From assembly GCA_002633005.1 (NCBI GenBank), contig NMRA01000527.1, positions 186,001 through 250,000 on the forward strand: a stretch of DNA of 64,000 bases. Reading direction: 5' to 3'. Made by a program: the position numbers and the translations under genes. Shown in pieces: positions 58,961 to 64,000 of this stretch; the first letter of the stretch is position 1, and every line of letters begins with the position of its first letter. The DNA is from Phoronis australis (Eukaryota > Animalia > Phoronida). The notes beneath the pieces were generated by a model, which worked only from the letters and a program-made list of their open reading frames with translations, had not been told where the DNA came from and made no database searches.

Positions 58961-60227
58961 CTCCATCAAAATGACCTCTGTGTTATGTAAGAGCCTCACT
59001 TAGTACTGGGGACTGCTCATTATAGAGGTTCTCAGACACAATAGAAATTGCATAACAATATATTGATCACAGCCATCAACTGTGCAGGTTATTTATGCTG
59101 AACATAAGCACAAATTGTATTATACAGGGAAAACATAATGACTGACTTAGTTGATAGTAAGGACCATAGCTACATGATTTTGCCTCAAGCAATGATCTAT
59201 GGATTATTGTAGCTACAGTGTATGTAAGCAAAACATTCACTATTTGTATGAAGAGAAATACAATGAATACAGTATGACCTCCAACTCATTACATTTCAGT
59301 TCATAACATTTTTTATCCTATATGCCTGATGATGATACGGTCATGAGATAAACCTGTTACTGAATGATAAGTAGGAACTACTTTTCTGTAATGGAATTCC
59401 TTTTGATACAGAATTGAGAAGATTTATCGAAAAGTATTCCAACTATTATGTACAACCAAGAGTGTATATTTACTAACATAGGCAGAATGTTTGTCTACCC
59501 TAACAAGAAAGAGAATAATCACATTCCTTACATAGTAGCATGTTCAGTGTTCACATTCAAGCAGGTTTTGTGTTAAAATATCAAAACAAAACAAGATAAA
59601 AAATTTCAGTCTACATAAGGAATCAATCAAGTCATGTTTTGGAATTAGTAAAGAAATATTTAATAACTATTCACTGCATTGCAAGAAAATTCAATCAAAA
59701 AATCATACACATAACAAACTTTTAACCAGCATCTTTGCGACACGCACCACACAGTCTGTGATCAACATCGACTATAGAGCTATTTTTAGGACAAGATATG
59801 CCAAACGTGTGTACACTTGCTTTTCTAAAGAACCCTTGGGGCCATATAGAATAAATGTTATACAACACGCAATAATTGAACCAGCATGTTACTCTATCTT
59901 GATTTATACTTCTTAGAAAAGTCCTGGGAGAATCACTGTAACAACACCACGTTGAGAACCATCAGCCAGAAAACTTAATTTTATGCATGCCATTGACAGT
60001 TTGAGTAAAATTATATGTGCAGAGGGAGATTTCGTTGTTTTGTTGACAACAACTGTAACCGTTTCTACAAAAGCTATCCCACTATACAATCAGCATACGA
60101 CTGGAACTACTGGTAACAAATAGGCTATGTACAGAAAAATTATAAGTCTTCGAAACTTCACTACTATTCTTAAGTCTGGTCAGCACGCCACCTGTGGTCA
60201 CACCACGTTACCTAATGAAAAAATTTC

Positions 60228-60297
60228 TGCCCCAACCGGAACTTGAACCCAGGACCTTCTGCTATCCGTGCAGACGGCACCGGGACCACCGCTTCAA
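60228..60297 (-). mobile_element. tRNA-derived SINE head / tRNA-like pseudo-sequence downstream of the TONSL stop
   Basis: The minus strand reads GAAGCGGTGGTCCCGGTGCCGTCTGCACGGATAGCAGAAGGTCCTGGGTTCAAGTTCCGGTTGGGGC, with a T-arm/B-box-like GGTTCAAG and an anticodon-arm-like TCTGC-ACGGATA-GCAGA. The acceptor stem is not intact. Confidence 0.55.
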
Positions 60298-60652
60298 TGC
60301 AGAATTCCAATCAGACTTAGTAGTGAGCATAGCGACCTTGAACTCCAGAGTGTATTGAAATTTAGGAAAACCTTAATTTAGCAATTATTTTGCACCCAGA
60401 AATTGAACAATTTTCAATGTATGAAAACAAATGGTATAACCACCCAAGGTCCTCAAGGCTTCAAATAATTTGTGACTGAGCACACTCTACTTTCCTTTTC
60501 TCCAATGCCTTTCTCCCAATACACACACATGAGCGTACAGACACATGTTGCAAGAACTCTGCTCACCATGATGCCTTCCATAAAAATAACTTTACATTTG
60601 GACCACATTATTCTCTCTCTGAGCCTCCTTGCTGATATCATAAAACAAAACA

Positions 60653-62400
60653 TTAGCTGTCAGACACTGTGAATTGAACATAATGTCCACGTTGTTTATG
60701 CAGAGCTCTTGTACCGTGAGCGTTCTGCCACAGATATTCCAGACCCTTCACATCCACTTTATTGATTCCTGAACATGTCAGCGACAGCTCCCTCAGACAC
60801 GGTGGCTGATCCAGCAGCTTACTCAAGGAGTCCAAAAAATCAGAGTCTAATGGTGATGATAGGCCACAGCCTTCTACCCAGAGTGTCTGGAGTCGGGATT
60901 TGGAGTTGACGAAGGATTCAAGTAAAGTAGTCATGTCCCTGTTGCAAAGTCTGGGGTTTCCTGAGAGTATGACTTTCTTCAACGAAGCAGAATTTGTGAA
61001 ACAACTGAAAAATGAAAAAACGCATGAACAGATTCAATTTTCATGTTAAGATTGTTAAGTATTTTTTGTTTGGAAATTTCAAACACTTGAAAATAAAGTA
61101 AACAACTGATATTGTCATTTGTGAGAAAAGCAGAATACGAGTCCCCAGAAAAATTGTCGCCAAATTCACACCCGCTAGTCACCACCTTTTCACCAAGTGG
61201 TTGCCTCCAATCTCACTAACTCCCAATCATCAATTTCATGGAGGCCCAGTCATGACACAGCTGAAATGCTCAGTTTGAGGGACGTACTAGAAAAATTGTA
61301 GGAGGATTCTTCAAATAATTTAGTACATGGTCATGTTTGCCATTACCACTCAAATTGTGTTTTAACAATTTAAAAATTTGGTTATAAAGGTGTACATTAG
61401 ATGCCTGTCTATCCAACCATCAGAACAAATGATAGCAATATACCCACACCGCATGCACATATATGAACATTCAATTAAGAGGGAAAAAATCATTAACAAA
61501 AATACTGACCATCGAATTAAAAAATTTAATAACACAAACTGCAGAACCTTCTTCAATACTTGATTTCTTAAAAGCCAGAAATTCAAGTCAACAGCTAACT
61601 TTAATGCAACTTACCACGCCAATTCTCTTGTAACACTGGATGACAGGTGACAATTAGACAGACACAGTGTTTGAAGCACACAATGTTCCTGTAAAGACAA
61701 ACACAATTATGATCTGCAGTAACCACCATCTCCAGTGGCAAAAGATGGTGGACCCCCTTCAGAGTGCCACTATCTCAGGCCAACAGGCATCGGAACAAGT
61801 CTTTACGAAGAAAGGAACAAAGACCAAAGTCAGCTTCCAACAACCTTAACCGTAGTCTCTCTTCAATTTCGTTTAATATTGTCAAATTACAATTTTACAC
61901 TTTTCAAAATGTAATTATAGTTAGAGTGCTAAGTTTTATTTATTGATAGCGTTCTAAAATTAAAGTTTCGAATTTTTGTTTTCATTGACAAATTTGAGGA
62001 AACAAGACTGCAAGAGTGATCTGTACTGCAACGTAAACTGAAGAGCATATACTGTGCTAAACAAAACTACTAGGTGATTTTCCGCTGTAACACAGTTATT
62101 CAAGTGACTATAGAAATTTAGGAAAATGATACTTATATAATTAATGTACTAGTGTCACACTTAAGTTTAAGTTTCAAGTTGCATACATACATTCATCAAA
62201 TGTCTGTGATTGACAGCTGCCAATCACCCCTACCTGTCTGAAGTAGTTAAGCAGATGATGGCACATCTGGTTGGTTTCGTTGGCGTCCACAACACCGTTC
62301 AGGTTCAGAACATGCAGTGTGTCCGCACTCTTCAACAAGAGTTCTGTGCCTGTGGAGCCCAGCTTGTTGAGAGCAATGTGGAGACGAGTCAGGCCACGCC
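60653..62400 (-). CDS. TONSL: Tonsoku-like protein, C-terminal LRR exons (5'-partial; gene continues beyond the window); complement(join(60653..61004,61615..61688,62234..62400))
   Basis: Phase-consistent exons give RGLTRLHIALNKLGSTGTELLLKS..LHVLNLNGV..HLLNYFRQ|EHCVLQTLCLSNCHLSSSVTRELAC|CFTNSASLKKVILSGNPRL...LQTLWVEGCGLSSPLDSDFLD...LRELSLTCSGINKVD..L..LW. These are RI-like LRRs ordered like the TONSL C-terminus. The LRR call is secure; the TONSL identity rests on recalled similarity. Confidence 0.8.
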
Positions 62401-62720
62401 CTGCAGGGATGCAGTCAATGCAATACAGTACAACTATGAAATGGAGAGGGTCGGGACTTGACGAGAAACTGTCTTGCATTAATCATTTCTGAACTTTATC
62501 AACACCGTTGTGCTTTATTGAACACATGTTTGAATAGAAAAAAAAAACAAGTTTGCCCGACACTTCGAGTGCTAGATTATTTTGTTGTTCTTTTTAGGAC
62601 TATGTATTCAAAAACACCTTTTAAGCAATGACTATCCAACTAAAGAGAAATTTATGCTAAGCTAAATTATAGAATCAAAATGAGTTTTGTATACGCAATC
62701 AACTGCTGTATATGTATCTA

Positions 62721-64000
62721 CCGTAATCGTTCGGGTTAACGCCCATGCTCAGTTAACCGCCCATCCCCGACTTTACCTGGAGTTTCGATTTAACCGCCCA
62801 CTGCTCAGTTAACCGCCCCCCTGCGATTTTTGAAGATTTCCAGTTAAGCGCCCACCTCTCGGTTAAGCGCCCATCCCCGACTTTTAAAGAATGAAGATTT
62901 AGCGCCTAGTGCTAAGGAAACGCGCGATTCCCCGACTTTTAGAAAAAGATGATGATCACAACGAGCGCAACGACGCCGGGCTTCCGAGACGGTGGTTTAG
63001 CAATGTGAATTACAATTCTAGTAACGAGTTATTGTCTTGGGTCATGGACTCACTTCAAAATATAATACATGAACGTTTTTGTCACTTTATTTTCTTCCCA
63101 TGTTTGCAAAAGATGATGATCACAACGAGCGCAACGACGCCGGGCTTCCGAGACGGTGGTTTAGCAATGTGAATTACAATTCTAGTAACGAGTTATTGTC
63201 TTGGGTCATGGACTCACTTCAAAATATAATACTTGAACGTTTTTGTCACTTTATTTTCTTCCCATGTTTGCAAAGTTTAAGAACGCCGCCGGCGTCAAAA
63301 CCTCCGCTTTCAGTAACTTTGTCTGCCGCGCTGAGTTTCCATCTGTAGTGCACAAGATAAAACATATATTCGAAAAAATCAGGCCAGAGAAATGTGACCA
63401 TGGTTTTGCCAACCCTCCAAATTTTATTAAGGTGGGAAGCTCTTGTATTTTGAACAAATCTCACAACTCACGGAAAGATGTCAAATTCGCAATATTTTGA
63501 TGAATGTAAGTGCCGGGTTATAGAGGATGTGTGGCGATCGAAGGGACAGTACAAGTGCCTTACTGGGTTACTGATTTCGTTGCTGCCTATCGATTTCTGA
63601 ATTCAAAGGTTGACAATAATGTATGTTTGTGTATGATCTTGAGGTAATAAAAAACTGCTAGTCAAATTTTGTTTTTCGCGTATTGCATCTCAGTCAAACT
63701 GGCGTTAGCAGATTTAACTAATGTCGCTGGCTGTTTACTATTTCTTTCGTCAGCCCCCACGTAAGCGTGACTGTGTGAATTATCGTTTCCACATCCTCTT
63801 TTTAGCCATCCAGAATAATTTTGTTAATACATTGGCCAGTTTCAGCCTGAACAAAAATTCTTACCATTCTAGTCTGAAATATCTACCACGTAGACTGACT
63901 GAAAATTGGCGGACAGTGGGTAAGAGATGCACGCAGCTAGCTACGGGCATGGGCTTAGGGAACATCGAGCCGGGAAATATCGGAATTGACTTGACATCGC
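62721..64000. mobile_element. One end of a larger DNA transposon sharing the TIR of the 40649 MITE; contains a 164-bp tandem duplication
   Basis: TA followed by CCGTAATCGTTCGGGTTAACGCCC (identical TIR) and repeated TTAACCGCCC subterminal motifs. The other TIR is not in the window, so the right boundary is unknown. Confidence 0.65.
62944..63274. repeat. 164-bp near-perfect tandem duplication (2 copies)
   Basis: AAAAGATGATGATCACAACGAGCGC...CCCATGTTTGC occurs at 62944 and 63108, with one substitution seen. Confidence 0.93.

Noticed and set aside
60228-60297. Functional tRNA gene (also 34060..34116 and about 2640..2730)
   Set aside because: Acceptor stem and D-arm are not intact; better explained as tRNA-derived SINE heads.
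60453-60655. TAATG stop-start overlap after TONSL, suggesting a coupled downstream ORF
   Set aside because: The 66-aa product is unremarkable 3' UTR sequence, and TAATG is common in AT-rich DNA.
49-63500. Most 60-130 aa ORFs in the supplied track
   Set aside because: They are intronic or UTR background ORFs, many with non-ATG starts. Only those overlapping the exons or the retrotransposon listed above carry recognisable protein sequence.
63865-64000. Further TONSL exon ending at the donor-like ATG|GTAAGA near 63865
   Set aside because: No LRR-like translation was recognised, and the region appears to lie within the transposon that begins at 62721.

Overview
AT-rich, intron-rich genomic DNA from a metazoan, most likely a marine invertebrate (an inference from gene content and repeat types; not prokaryotic). 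Four spliced protein-coding genes can be reconstructed by hand with GT-AG junctions and consistent phases. They are CFAP73/CCDC42 (minus strand, 8 coding exons, 313 aa), NIPSNAP1/2-like (plus strand, 10 exons, 280 aa, head-to-head with CFAP73 and only 306 bp between the start codons), YPEL1/2/3-like Yippee protein (minus strand, 4 coding exons, 121 aa, probable ~15 kb 5'-UTR intron and ~4.6 kb 3' UTR), and the last three exons of TONSL (minus strand, LRR region). The introns hold a decayed HERO-like non-LTR retrotransposon, a solo LTR with a 5-bp TSD nested in a Helentron-like element, hAT and Tc1/pogo-type MITEs, tRNA-derived SINE heads and several minisatellites. The most notable signals are at YPEL. 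An in-frame ACG codon in ideal Kozak context would add a 33-aa Cys/Trp-rich N-terminal extension, and it lies 9 nt after a two-codon uORF. There is also an intronic array of six abutting p53-type decamers and a CLEAR/CRE/CCAAT promoter. All calls come from reading the sequence; no database searches were run.
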